From the NCBI GenBank assembly GCA_040954595.2, contig CM082591.2, positions 5,673,009-5,737,008 on the forward strand: a stretch of 64,000 nucleotides of DNA, given 5' to 3'. The DNA is from Balanoglossus misakiensis (lineage: Eukaryota > Animalia > Hemichordata). The position numbers and the translations under genes were made by a program. Below the pieces are notes generated by a model. The model saw only the letters and a program-made list of their open reading frames with translations, did no database searches and was not told the origin of the DNA. Below are positions 13,439-26,779 of the stretch, piece by piece. Within the stretch, counting starts at the first letter, position 1, and each line of letters opens with the position of its first letter.

Positions 13439-16400
13439 AAATGGCCTTGCGATTCTGTGACGTTTGCTTGATATTGATATGGCATTGCTTTAACGCCAAC
13501 CCAGACAATAAACTCGCGTCGTCGTTATGTCTTAAGCACGCATTTCCACCGATATGCGAGTATTGCAATGAAGCTATCAACCACATCTCGCGTGACTTGG
13601 CGCACAAAGAACGGGGAGAGAGGGGACAATTGCCGGAGGGGGTATTCTCTGATTATGCGCCGCCCACAGCACTTGGGAGGCGATAGTATATCATATGTGT
13701 GTAATACATTTACTGCCAGAAATTATAAAAGCCTGCTTCCAAGTTTCATGTATACTTTAATACCGATTGAACCACGCCTGTTAAAATATTCTCTGACATT
13801 AAATCTCTATAAATATTAAAGCTGTATTAAATTTTAAAAGCTTGTTCCATGGAACCGTCATTGTCATTATAACAGATTGAATGTATTTCGCCAATCTGGA
13901 TTTCGCCTCTATTGTATGTCTCATATAAATTATACATTGCCTGTATTGATACAGTTTTGACACGCTGTGACTGATACTAATCTAAGAAGACATATATAAA
14001 AATGAATAATAATAATAATAATGTATAATTCCCCCCAAAGTCAATGTCAATGCTGTCTTGTGCTGTCTAAGTTTTATTTTCTTGATCTTGAAGCATCGTT
14101 CGTAGGTTCCCCGGCAGAGTTATTGTAACCATATTACCGCGCTGCACCGTGCATCTCGCGTCATAACGTGGGAACTGACATCAGAGTATTCAAATTGCGT
14201 GGGTCGAAGCTTTTCAACTTGTTGCTTATGTAAGATCTGTCATACAGCTTTCACTACACTCGCTCACTTAGCTGTGCCTGTCCGGGTCGTTCATAACCAT
14301 CTATCCTCGGCGTGCTTCACTTCTTTTTTCAACCGGGTGAGTACACTCTCCTTCGCTGCGAACACATTGGTTGACTTCCGTCGACATTCTGCTGTAGTGT
14401 GTAACGATTGCTGTTTGGCGGGAAACGTGAGTAAAAGTGTGTGTGCTTTTCGAGGGGAAAATGCACGTCGCCTGCCGTTTAGGGCGTTTTGCGTACACGC
14501 ACCGTTGCAATCCTAATCGCCTTGTAGTGAGAAGACTTCCACGTTTCAGTCTGATCGCCGCATGCATGTGTGGCTCGTGATACGAGTTGTGATAGATGTG
14601 GGAAGAGGGGTGGCTGGCCAGGACGGGATAGGCAGCAGCTGTAGACTGATCACTGTCACAAACAACGCGCACCAACCTGTAGCAACACAGGTTGAATATT
14701 TGAGGTTATTTTCAGAACTGAACATTAATGGGGAAGTGTGATCGATGTTGTAAAATACATCATCTTTAGAGTGATCTTCCGGGACTATTTCTCCAAATGT
14801 TCAGATTCTAGCACAATATTGTTTTCTAACGATAATTTAATGTCCCGCGGATGATCACCGTGCTATTATAGAAAGCACGTTTCTTTGTAGCGATAATGGG
14901 TTTTCACATTATGTTTCTCGTCGTCTCTGACGCTAAACGGTGCGTGCATCGGTCATTTTGATAACAATGGAAAAGTATGATTTGAACTATCATCTTTTCA
15001 TGAAACCAAGGTTCATAATGTGTAGTCGGCTGAGTGTACTCTGGTGACGAAGGCATGCATTTGGCGCAAATGTTAAGATTTTACAAATTACCTGACAACT
15101 GCTGAGTAACTAATGCGCCTGCGTTGGAGACCCCTACGTTTGCCACGATAGTTAAAAACTCGCTTCTGGTTTATACAGATATGTTTATTTTCACGTCACT
15201 CGGTGGAATCTATCGATACCACCGCCGCTATCCAAGTGCAGTAATTGATCAAAACTTAGACGATTTGTTTTGATCTCAGAGATAGTTATCGTTATTTGCA
15301 AAATGTAGAAATTTCGAATGTTGATACTGGCATCATTGGTTATTTCCATAGCAATTCAGTCATCGTGCATTTATCGTGAAACACAATGTGCTGCCTATTC
15401 TTTGACTTCTTCCCGCTGTACATCGTTTGGTTGGAAAGAAATGCTCTGGGGCTTTACGTTTGAATGAAACCTTTCCACTGTTCAACAATACCTGGGGCTA
15501 TTTTAGTTGTGATGACATGTTTCATAGTTTATGACAAGGTTTCTAAAGCTGAGACACGCTGTTTAATTTAAATGTAGACGGTGTCCTTGATATGGTGCGC
15601 AATATTACAGTCGGGTCCCGGAGAAACGCGTCACTTCAGTCAGTTTGCAGGCAGGCAAATATAAAGAACGTTACTCAGTTTATATACACATTACTGATAG
15701 TCTGTTTTTAAAAATATAATTGCAAAGTTCGAATGAATTTTCAGTAAGTGTTTATGGATGTCATTTAAGCCTGTCCGACACCAAAAACATAAAAATGAAG
15801 TGGATTTTTTGTACTGCTAGTCGCAACATATTCACTCAACTAAAAATGTAATTTTGCGCGCAGAATTTGCGTCGGATTGAAGTGTGTTAGTTTATATACC
15901 ATCTTATAGACGATTTTTTCTGGGACCGACTTTTAGTGGCGACTTGACATAAAATGTATATGCATGAAGGGAATGTTCAGCGATATTTATTTTATCTGAA
16001 AACTGAAAACGAGGAAAATGTTGTAAGGAATGTGTGTTATGAAGTGCAGGCGATGGGATTATACCAAAACGGAGAACATTTGAAAATTTGAATTTGAATA
16101 TTTGACCGTTAACACCAATGCTCATGTGTATTTGTCTCCATCGCGAAGGAAAGGCTGCCGCGTGAACGCTATACTGTAAGCTTGTTGGATATCGCCCAAG
16201 TAATGGCCAAAGGGCACTTCTTTTGGAAATATAGGGTGGGAAACCCAAACACGTTTTCTTGTCTGACTGAACTTAGAGCCTTTAGGGACTCTATTACCAC
16301 CAGTTAAAATGATTACACCCTTTGTGCATGTAACCCAGCTATGGGGGGGGGGGGAGAACTACTATATAAATGATAGTTTTTTTTCAATACGGCTTCTGAA

Positions 16401-17760
16401 TAGACTCGACTGATCACAACGATGATCAATCCGCATTTTGTCAGTTAAAGCGCATAGTCACCTTCTCTGAAATTGGCACAGTGTGTTCTCCATCTACGTC
16501 AATATGGTGAGCTAAGGGCCTTTAATGACGCCACAACTTCGATGCCTGTTGGATAACCTTTGACCAGACCTAATATAATCATAATCACCCAACCAGATAA
16601 CGTTCAGATCAAACCGACAAGAAAATTGTGACTTGTATGATCTGCAAATCTACTGTGTCGCTAGCAAATTTAAACCTGAGGTCGATTGGACATAAATGTA
16701 TAGTATTCGCCTCAGAAAATCATAGTCTTAAACTTTTATTTCTTATATTTTACTCAAGACAATTTGAGATTATTTTCTCCTTGAATTAAGAATACAAATT
16801 GGGGTCATCGTGCAAAATGTTTAAAGACAGAGCGAAATTGTCTCAAATTTGAAATACAAAATGGCCGCCAATATCTGCGTTAACTATAGAGAAAATTTAA
16901 GGTAGCGATTTTTATGAAAACAAGACGGTGAACACCATGTTTTCTTCGTTGTTTTCAATAAATACTCCTCACACATACATTGAACGTTTCAGAGGACTAT
17001 ATTATTTTTCGGAAAATCTGAAAATTGTACAGCATTAGAAACTTTGTGATATTTTTGAATAATTTTTTTCAATTCAATTAGTATAGAGTCTTATTTGACT
17101 CCTCAGAGTAGGTTAAGATACCTGTTATTCAGTTTGTCAGCACGGCCATATGTGTAGTGTACGTGGTAACTGCCGATAACTGAATTCAAATAGAAGTCAA
17201 TTAAGACGGCTGACTATACCCACAGAGGCGAATAGTGGACTTCCCAACAGACTGTAGATATACAGATCGAACATGCTAAAGCGTCAAAAACTAACAACTG
17301 CTTTACTGTAATTGCACTTGACCTTCTTAAACTATGCCCTATTTACTGTTTGACATCATTATAATGTCTATGTCACAGTTTTCCGTTGAAAGTCAACTCG
17401 TTCATGCAATGGCTTCTGAAGTAGGTAACAGTCAACGGATTTCTATATCCTGAAAGCCCATAAGGGACAGTTTTGTAAGATATTATTCTCCTGCCCTCGA
17501 GACATTACTAACACGTGGGCAAGGGGTACTTTCACGTGCCCACGAGGTCACGAGCGCGCTATCTCGTACTGTCAGAGCTTACAATTCATAAGCTGGATTT
17601 TTGAAAAAGACAAAGCCGCCTTTCTCCTAAACTTAGATTTCAGTAGAAAACGACTAGTCTCTATGTTCAACCAATTTTTGTCAGCTACTGCGAATTAGTC
17701 ATCAAACGAACCCCTCTAACGAAATATCGCTACGAAAGTAACAAAGCGCAGCACAATCAA

Positions 17761-17830
17761 CGCCCCTTTTCCACTAATTACGTTTATGTTAATGTGCATG
17801 TGGATAGATAGTGAATCAACTTTCAACCAA
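17761..17830. mobile_element. MITE family A, degraded fragment
   Basis: GCCCCTTTTCCACTAATTA...CATGTGGATAGATAGTGAATCAAC resembles the left arm with a deletion. Confidence 0.6.
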
Positions 17831-18711
17831 TTTGTAGAAACTGGAGATTCTCTGTGTATCTTTTGAAGAATCTCCTATCGTTCAAAAATGAAGTGATACA
17901 AATTCATTTCCCATAAGAGTTTTCAGCATCACATGTACTGATAAACCATCTGCAGTCACATCTGCAGATAGCTAAGATAATATTCTCGTGAAAAATCTGG
18001 ATAAAGTAAACAAATAAACCTAAAACAAAAACTAGACACTAGAGGGCGCATAGAATTATATACATATACATTGTAGTACCTCATCTGAAACTGAAACTAT
18101 ACATAATAAAGGAATAGGTTAATTTGTAAATTGAAACTTAGACTATGCTTTACTTATTTATGAAGAGGCAATTTTAATGTAATTCGTTTTTAGTAATCCT
18201 TGCAGACTACGACTAGGGCCTACAGTATATGCTCGTTGAGCAAATCTTCAGGCAGTTTATTATTCAGTTTGGAACTCGTAAAAACATCCTTCAAAATGTC
18301 CCTCATAGGCTTTCATGACATATATAAACGTGTTTCCTGTTTTTCTGGTGTTCGTGGTGTCTCATTAGCGAGTCATGTTTTTTCCGATGCTTGTTACTCT
18401 GTGTTAATTATGACACAGAAAGAGGAATACAGTAGCCTCCTCCAAAAGAACCAGGGACCCTGGGATCGACTGAAGCTTCCTGTGCCAGTTAACAATTGAC
18501 ACCTGCTAAGTGGCACGCTACTGTTTGTTAGATGGCCTAGGGAGTCCGTAATATAACAAAGCCTGCCTATGATACTCGTCATGAACAGAATTTTCCAACT
18601 TTGATAGCTTTTCTTACCCTCGCTTCATAAGATCATCTTCTCTCTTCCAACAGTCGCAAGTTTTTTGTTCCAAATTAAGATAATTAATACTGAAGAGGGA
18701 CAAATGAGTTG

Positions 18712-18714
<3 letters not shown>

Positions 18715-18744
<30 letters not shown>

Positions 18745-18802
18745 TGTATGTATGTATGTATGTATGTATGTATGTATGTATGTATGTATGTATGTATGTA
18801 TG
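18715..18802. repeat. (TATG)n microsatellite, left flank of the LINE
   Basis: About 22 perfect TATG units, read directly. Confidence 0.97.
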
Positions 18803-19771
18803 TGTAATAATAATAATAATCTTTATTTCAGGCTCGTAGCCCATAAAAACACAGCAAGAGAAGTAAAAAACAAGAACACACACATTAAAATCTGTAGAAA
18901 AAATAATAAAATACTACAACGTCGTGGCGAGAGGGGGCGGAAGGTCGGTCCTCATCCCCTAGTACAGAATGTTTCTATAGTGCTTCCAAAATCTTGAATG
19001 GAAATACAGGTCAGAGTGAGTGCAGGCATATACAACAGCATTACTACTGTTCAAAAGTCTTGTGGCAAGAGAGTATAACAACTTGCGATGCAACGAGCTA
19101 AAGTTCATAATATCCTTTGTGACAAAATTGTAACTTATGCTAATGTCTCGTTTCAGTTCAAAGATCAAACGCAGTGCATTGTGATAAGCAATTTTCAGAT
19201 TTGACATGCATTTGGTGTTATAGTTACACCACACATTCATACAATACATACTGTACAGGAAACTCTTAAAGAGCGTACATTTCACACGTTGTGAACAATG
19301 ACTAAATCTACGTATGAGCATATTGGCTCTAGCGTAAACACAACGAAGTTGTCTTTGAATGTCCGCATTGTCATCACCAGAGGAAGACACAATATAACCA
19401 AGGTACTTCTTAGTATCCACAAAATTTAGACTTTTACCATAAAGATACACATTTGGGACTCTAACTGGGTTCCATGACTTTGGAAAAATTGCCATACAAT
19501 CGGTTTTTATAGTATGGAAAATGATATCATGTTCGTTACCATAATATTCACAAATAGTTATCAACTTCCTAAGGGCTTTAGCTGAAGGGCAGACTAATAC
19601 TAGATCATCAGCATAAAATAAATGATTTATAACAGTATTTACCAGACTACACCCAACACCCGACATCAGAAGCATTTTACTTAGGTCATCAACATAAACA
19701 GCAAAAAGATTGGGTGAAAGAATGCTTCCCTGTCGCACCCCATTAGTAACATTAAATGGTACAGAAATGGC
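18803..19771 (-). mobile_element. 5'-truncated non-LTR retrotransposon (RTE-X-like LINE), C-terminal half of the reverse transcriptase plus 3' UTR
   Basis: Open frame 19771 to 18959 with RT motifs GVRQGSILSP, YADD and KYLG. The 3' UTR ends GGCT-ACG-AGCC (hairpin), then TGAAATAAAG and an (ATT)n tail. Clade call is from motif recall only. Confidence 0.9.
18959..19738 (-). CDS. Reverse transcriptase fragment of the LINE (no true start; the frame extends to ~19771)
   Basis: 259-aa stop-free frame with RQGSILSPNLF, LFYADDLVL and KKYLGY. Confidence 0.88.
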   Translation of the reverse strand: MRQGSILSPNLFAVYVDDLSKMLLMSGVGCSLVNTVINHLFYADDLVLVCPSAKALRKLITICEYYGNEHDIIFHTIKTDCMAIFPKSWNPVRVPNVYLYGKSLNFVDTKKYLGYIVSSSGDDNADIQRQLRCVYARANMLIRRFSHCSQRVKCTLFKSFLYSMYCMNVWCNYNTKCMSNLKIAYHNALRLIFELKRDISISYNFVTKDIMNFSSLHRKLLYSLATRLLNSSNAVVYACTHSDLYFHSRFWKHYRNILY

Positions 19772-19927
19772 ATGTATGTATGTATGTATGTATGTATGTA
19801 TGTATGTATGTATGTATGTATGTATGTATGTATGTATGTATGTATGTATGTATGTATGTATCTATGTATCTATGTATGTATGTATGTATCTATGTATCTA
19901 TGTATCTATGTATCTATGTATCTATGT
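19772..19927. repeat. (TATG)n grading into (TATCTATG)n microsatellite, right flank of the LINE
   Basis: Read directly. Confidence 0.97.
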
Positions 19928-22037
19928 GCTATCTATGAATACTCGCATATAAAATATTATAAGAGGTGGCATGTCAACATGAATGGGTGTTTTTCCTTCT
20001 TACACGCATACACACAGAAAATATTGAGATTCAAAAATCACCAAGCAACTAGTGGACTAGTCTACCCTGAAGATACAAATTCTTTATTCCGTCACTACTT
20101 TTAGTGTTGACACCGAAGTATTTCAAGGTTATCACTCACAGTGAATGATGGAACAGACCAGGCCTTGGTTCACTAAATTCTAGATGTTATCAGTTATACT
20201 AGTATTTTATAGCACCATTTGATAATAACATCCGTTGCAACTAAATGCACGGTGTATCCCAGTTTTCCTGTCTACAAGGTTTAATCCTTAACTGTTCGTA
20301 ATGAAGACGTACAGAGAAAAATCCTCCTTCTTCTCAATAAAACCACATAGTTATTTCGCGTGCTCAGGAGTTTCTCTTTGACTTCCTAATATATCACACT
20401 AGCTGACTTTGAAAAATAGCTGAACTGAGAGTATGAGAAACGATATCCGCGCTTCCTTTATCACGGTTGTCATGACTACCAACATGATGGTATTATTTCA
20501 CAAATAGACCATGATATAATGTAGGATATTCGCTATACGATGCGCTGTTACTGTTTCAACAGAATGCAAATATTAAACACATTTTCGTCAAACCAAGTGT
20601 TGAATCGTGCTTGTAATCGATGTTGGTGTGGTTACCCCTTTCTTGAGATTCCTTCGTATGTATTCCAAGTAATTCCCGTATCAAAGCAAGGAAATCATAA
20701 TTTTATTTTATTTTATTTTATGGCGCTAAAAGCGTATATATGTTTCAAATGGTCGACTTATGTCCATCAAAGTGAACTTGTCGAGACCTTAAGCCAAGAA
20801 AGGAACAAACTTTTATCCTTAAAGGCTAATGAAATTACGTGAACACAAATTAATATTAACTTTTTCTCCTGATCCAGTGTTTCTTATATATGGTCGACAT
20901 GCCAAACTCGGTTTGAGGATGTACGCACAGGCAGGACATTAACCGGAAAACTGCGCGCATGCACTCGTCTTTTTCACATCGGATTACATTGATAATTGCT
21001 AGAAAACAAACTTCGTTAAATATTTTGCCCATAGACAAACCATTGGTGAAAAATGCTGAGTCAGCACTTTTCTTCTATTATCGACTTAATTCACTTTCGA
21101 TATACATAAAAAGGAAAGTCCGAAAATCACCAATTAAAACAAATGTCAATACTTTTAGTTTTAATGAACGGGCATCCTTAAATATGAAATTAGTTTCAGA
21201 TGGCATTGGGGATAACTAGCCACTTAATGTAGGTTGCACATGCCGCCGATCTTACCGTTGCGGCATATTTGCTCAAACGCGAGGAAGGAAGTCAAATTAA
21301 GCTTGGCTGACCTCATCGTTTCAGCTAGCGGAAATCCGCATAAGCGTTTTCTACAACGTATAAGAGAATGGGGTGAAGTCATTTTATTCCACTTGTGAAA
21401 ACTCAACACAGTTGAGAGCACACGCGCAAAACACACATCTTACTTCAACAGAACAAACTTGCGTCCGATTTCTTGAATATGTATGGTGCTCGACTATGTC
21501 CTTGTGTATTCTATTATATACTGTCAATGAGACTGTGTGAATCACTAGTTACAGTACACCGAAATGTGTTCAACATACATTTTACTTCCACACAAAAAAA
21601 CTATACTGGCATAATTGTTAAACACGCGACGGGTCATGCGCGTAACAGGTCGACAATGTTAGTGACGTATATCTGTATGTGTTGTAAGTGCAATTTGTAT
21701 AACAGTGTCCCATTGAAGTGTAAACACCGCTCACCGTTTATTTAAATACAGACTAGTTCGACTGGGTTTTAAAGACTTATTATATTGACCGACATATCCC
21801 CCGGCTACTCCTGCCCTCTTCATAAATTAATATTCAACAGTTGAGTTTTTAGAACGGTATTTCATGATCGATCAAGTTATTTTAAGACTTTTTCGATTTC
21901 TTGAAACGCGCCTTTTCAGATTGCTCCTAAGAAGGCGAACATCCGGACTACGTATTGACCAGTCTCAGCTTTCTTTCAATTCATAATTAATATCAATTCT
22001 TCTCCCAGAATTCCCTGCGTGACTGTCCTCAACACAA

Positions 22038-22104
22038 TATAAAGGAGATCGCTGTCTGCTGGCATAATCTGATTAGGCGTGGGTTCTTCTTGACCAAGGT
22101 AAGT
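22038..22104 (+). promoter_or_regulatory. TATA box and short non-coding first exon (~22066-22098) with consensus donor; candidate 5' exon of the prepropeptide gene
   Basis: TATAAAG at 22038-22044; perfect donor AAG|GTAAGT at 22098/22099; no ATG in between. The acceptor at 33902 implies an upstream UTR exon. The link between the two is inferred. Confidence 0.55.
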
Positions 22105-23076
22105 TGTGATCTTTAATGATTTTGAAATGTAAAAGAGAAAATATACTATTTAATTAAGTTTCTATTCAGCTTTAACACGGGCATTGTCTTAATTAAATAG
22201 TCAAATGTAAATTTCGTACGTCGCCTGCATTATCTAGAGAAACCAAAATCCCCATGTGTATAACATTTGCCGCTAATGAGTGAATGGGGAGAAGGTATTG
22301 AAATCGTTGGTAAGTACGTAGTTTTCACAATGACAGATAATAATTGCCAAGATACAGTGCATTTGCATGCTTGATTTGCCACATATGGAGTGTATCGCAG
22401 TGTGTATCAGTGTATCGGGTGAAAAATATATTCTTAATCTACATTCTCGATCTACTTGAATGCATAAACTCTTATTGGTTTTTGTGTATTACACTATCAT
22501 TTCGCTAGTTCATGGTTTACTGCCGTTTAAAGCCCCCCCCCCCCCACCAACAATTATCAGAACAAACCAGGAAATATGTTTACTAGATAGCATTTCAATG
22601 CAAAAGAAAAGATTGACCAAATGGTAACGTCCCCGAATGTGTGTGAGCCAGGGTTTGAGAGGGCAGTTTTAGTTTCATTTACACTGTACGAACTTTTGGA
22701 TTATTTCATGGGATTTCCCAATAGGAGGCCAGACCTGACCCTTTAACATATATTTATTTCATAATCATAAATGACAAGTCGAAAACTGCAGTATCGATAT
22801 AATTTATGGAATTTGTTAAAGGTTGTCGGATCTCTTCCATTGGGCGAAAAACCATAAACGTTGCCACTTCTTTGTGCCACCCATTCCTTGAACTTTTTCG
22901 AGTGTGATTGTATTTCTTGTTGGTTTGGCGGGTGAGGCGCAGTATTCCTGGCGGGTAGTCCAAAGCAAACTATTAGCTGAATGTGTGATGTCCGAACGTC
23001 ACCTTCTTAAAACATTTTGAATATTATTCGCATGAGAAGCCTGTGTGGCTTTGAGAACTGTCTATTGTGTACCATT

Positions 23077-23121
23077 GACAGACAGACAGACAGACAGACA
23101 GAGACAGACAGACAGACAGAC
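23077..23121. repeat. (GACA)n microsatellite
   Basis: Read directly. Confidence 0.92.
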
Positions 23122-23644
23122 TTAAATGACCACATAGTTGTAAGAGCAGAATGCATGACGTCTAGAGAAGTCGCGTTTATAAATGATGACATTGTATTTC
23201 CTGACTATTCTATGATGTACGGGCTTAAGTATTATAACTATCCAGACGCAACACTTTCTTTGGAGTTTTCACAGTGCATAATTCATTATAAGTATTGTTA
23301 AACGCCATATCTTCCAATGTTTTTGTATAACGGAGTCAACTACCTCGCGGACATGGTGAAAGCCACCCACGGCTATGTGTTTTGCAGTGCAATATTGCAT
23401 GTGACCATCTGCACGTATACCGATGCCCTATAGTCACTAAAAAGTATTCCTTTTTGCAATGGTAGAATCACTGGTAAGGTTTCGGATGTCGATACTTCCT
23501 GTTATTAAACCCGGGGGACCACCCAAACACAATGCATAATCATCATATCCCACAGTCTTATACAATGAATGTAGAATTTTGATAAAACCTTGTTGCAATA
23601 TTGCCATTTTCTTGAAATTTATAAAAAGGTACCAAAAGAGAAGC

Positions 23645-23800
23645 TGTATTAGATTATATAAAGAAAACATCATGTCAGTCTGCTTCATTTCCTAGTTCAG
23701 ATATTTCAACATACTAGAAAACTATAGAATGGCTGGTGCAAGAAAAGTGCTGACTCAGCATTTTCCAAACCATTTTAGACCCCCGTAACTTAAAGAGTTT
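23645..23800 (+). repeat. Old repeat related to 25795-25965; a shorter related segment occurs at 621-690 and 21006-21075
   Basis: Shared ATATAAAGAAAACA..GTTCAGAT..TTTCAACATA..ACTCAGCATTTTCCA..GACCCC..TAACT. Confidence 0.65.
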
Positions 23801-23818
23801 AATTATATTTCCAAGTTA

Positions 23819-24090
23819 TATGGGGTCTTACACATACCATTAAGACGGTTCTGAAGCATCTCAGATCACAAACCGTCCTAGTAAAAGTTGTGGACGGTGT
23901 ATAGTGGTTCTGAAACGGCTTAGATTTGAGACGGCTTTGCCGGCCAGACCTGAGCCGGTGCAAGGATTAACACCTCTCCACACTCCATTATGTATGGGGC
24001 CGAGCCTCAGCGCCTATAAATAAACTTCGTCACAAGGCGACTCAAAGGATTAATGCTCTGTGTTTACCATAGCCAAACGGTGTCTCTGAA
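23819..24090 (-). repeat. Interspersed repeat family D, inverted copy
   Basis: GTGTATAGTGGTTCTGAAACGGCTTAGATTTGAGAC..TTTGCCGGCCAGACCTGAGCCGGTG matches 271-563. Confidence 0.85.
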
Positions 24091-25677
24091 ACGTTTCAAA
24101 TTTTACCATGTGTGAACCTGGTAAAGGAGTAGACCCAATCTTAATTTTGCTCCCAATGACCCTGGGGAAGTTAGAATGGTGCTGACCATAGTAAATTCAG
24201 TTGGTGAAGATTTGCCTTGCAGTGTCTCGAACTGTGGTCCGTCTTCGCCAGTTGCATTCCACACACACTTGAACGTCTGCGACTCCTGGATCTTGAAGGA
24301 TTTCTGAGAATTTGTACAAGGACGTCGATTGTGATTGCAGTATAAGAGTACATCGTTCCACTCACTGATTCCTGCATACACCACTTGTCACAACACCAAG
24401 CTGTGATTTTTCTTTCTCATGAACCATGATGTGCGAAGGTTGAGTAACTGAGATTTGGAACTGTGAGGGCCTATCCGGCCGGATAAGTGTTCCTGACCTT
24501 TTCATAACTAAGTAAAGAGGATTGTAATGATATGAATATTACATATAATAATACAATGCAAGAAGATGAGAATGTTGGAAACATGGGCTTAGTGTCTGTC
24601 AAATAGACGATGAGTCAGATTTGAGTCTCATTTTGACAAAAGGATAATGCGCCCTTTTTAGAGTCTTAGGGCCATTTATGAGCAAATGTCGACAGGATTC
24701 AAGTAAGTTTTCAGTCATGGCTTTCTTTATGCATAATTAATGTATAGGTAAAAAAGAAAAATTAATTATTTATAAAATAAAGCAAGACACTGCATTAGGG
24801 CATCCAAAACCAGCATCAAGTGTATTGACTGATTAGTTAGTGCGTTGGCGCGTCATTAATGGACAGGAATCTTTGATCGGATTGCCAGGAAGTAAAAAGA
24901 ATAATCATAAATTTACCAAAACTATGGATGACTCAGCTAAATTTGAATGAGCAAAACCCCCCAAAATGAGTGGGTGTTTAAATTGCGATAATTATGTTTC
25001 TAGGACACGGTTTTTGAAAACATTTCTTCAATACTATCGGATGATAATTTGGTTGACTTTCGCTCAGCTGTTTTAGCGCAACTATGTTAAGAAGACAGAG
25101 AAACTTGCTGTAATATATGCATGCATTCATGATGACGTAGTGTACGCATGCGTAGTAATAAACTGTACTACAGGTCTCCCTGAAGTTGAATGGACAACGG
25201 TCTGCTGTGTCCTCTTGTGCTCTCCTTGAATATATCCCAGATATATATCACACTTGCCAAATGACAAACCGATCAAATGATAATTAAAGGCAGGAAGTTG
25301 CACACAACACAACACTTAGAAACAGGTTACAGGCTTTCAGCGAATTTACACTATAGGCGAATTGTTACCTCTAAAGACCATGGAAATGGGACGATAATCC
25401 ACTGGGGAATTTGATGACAATGTTTTTACCGTGAAAGTCTATTAGTTTCAATACACTTTGCTTGTCACCTGGACTCATGGGGTTTTGTATGTGTGATGTA
25501 GGTTGCGCGACTGTATAGAGAAACTCCTATGAGGCTGTATGAAAATGGTCTTGTAAAATACCACAGTCCTTTGTGACTCAGCTAGCACTTCAATTAGATA
25601 ATTAGAGCTTAAAATTTGAACTTGACAGACTTGATTACGTCCTGGCGCCAAGGACGGTAGGCCTTTCAGTGACACGT

Positions 25678-25742
25678 TCTGTCTGTCTGTTTGTCTGTCT
25701 GTCTGTCCGTCTGTCTGCCTGCCTGACTGTATGTCTGTCTGT
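25678..25742. repeat. (CTGT)n microsatellite
   Basis: Read directly, imperfect. Confidence 0.9.
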
Positions 25743-26683
25743 TGCATTGTTGTCATTTTCTTGAAGTTGTCACAAAAGATGCCAAAACAGAGGCTTCATT
25801 AAATGATATAAAGAAAACACCATATCATCTTGCTTGATTTTGATTGAGGTGTTCAGATGATTTCAACATAGGAAAACTTTAGCATGAAGAGTGCGAGAAA
25901 AGAGCCAACTCAGCATTTTCCACGACATTTGAGACCCCATAACTGGAAAAGTAGTATGGGGACACAATGTTTTCTCTTTAATTTTTGGTATTGAAAATTC
26001 ATCAATATACAATATATCTGGAAAATGACAATATTTTTAATTTGGGGCAGACCACACATTAGGACCAAAGCCATCATCTCGATCAAAGCTGCATGGACAT
26101 GGGTTTACATTTATTGGTTAGAGAGACGAGACCATATAATTAGCGCAAAAGTTCGACTTTGAAATTTCTCATCAAAGAATTAATCCATTGCGCTTAAATC
26201 GACCAACGGCAGATTTGTATGCAATAGTAAGGGGTAATGAAAATTGAACATTCACATTGAGTCTAAATGCGTCCACAATTTACGTCATGATATATGTATC
26301 TGTTAATAAAAACCACTGTTGCTTTTTATAAGCCATTGAATTTTGTTGTTAATGATAATTGTACATTCATGACGTGTAATTCACATTGCGAGTAAATGTG
26401 TCGACAACGTGCGTCATTAGATATGTTTCTGTTGAAAAAGCTATTATTCTTTTTTGGTTATAATTCATTGACTTTTTATTACATGTACACTATAAATAGT
26501 TGAACGATTTGAAAATCGGCAGACGACAAGTTTGAGGTTCAGATAGCCTTGCACTGTTTTCTAGGTAATGGCCAAGTGCTTCACCTTACAGGGAGAACAT
26601 TTTTGTCTGCTGCATTTTCTGTCACATTGTCTAACTTGCCTTAGCAGTTTAAAGAGCCACTATTTTTCACGTGTGGCAATTTT

Positions 26684-26779
26684 TTCACTATATATCCACA
26701 TGTAGAATGACATAAACGGTGTCTTGTATCAAACATGATTAATGGAAAAATGACAGCAAGAGAGACGTTGTCCCTTTAA
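26684..26779. mobile_element. MITE family A, right arm only
   Basis: TTCACTATATATCCACATGTAGAA...GACGTTGTCCCT|TTAA. Confidence 0.85.

Noticed and set aside
14301-14690. 124-aa minus ORF with an upstream CTACAG acceptor
   Set aside because: No recognisable domain and no partner coding exon; the alternative frame stops after ~42 codons. At most a non-coding exon.
15766-16275. Old DNA transposon with degenerate TIRs
   Set aside because: The end similarity is too weak and there is no clean TSD or second copy.
18614-20104. ORFs such as MYVCMYVC... and THTYIHTYI...
   Set aside because: Translations of (TATG)n microsatellites; the same applies to the CLSV/QTDR ORFs at 10811, 23017, 25475, 50918 and 57224.
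24168-24188. RE1/NRSE silencer
   Set aside because: Only the TGGTGCTGA half-site is present; the CTGTCC half is missing.
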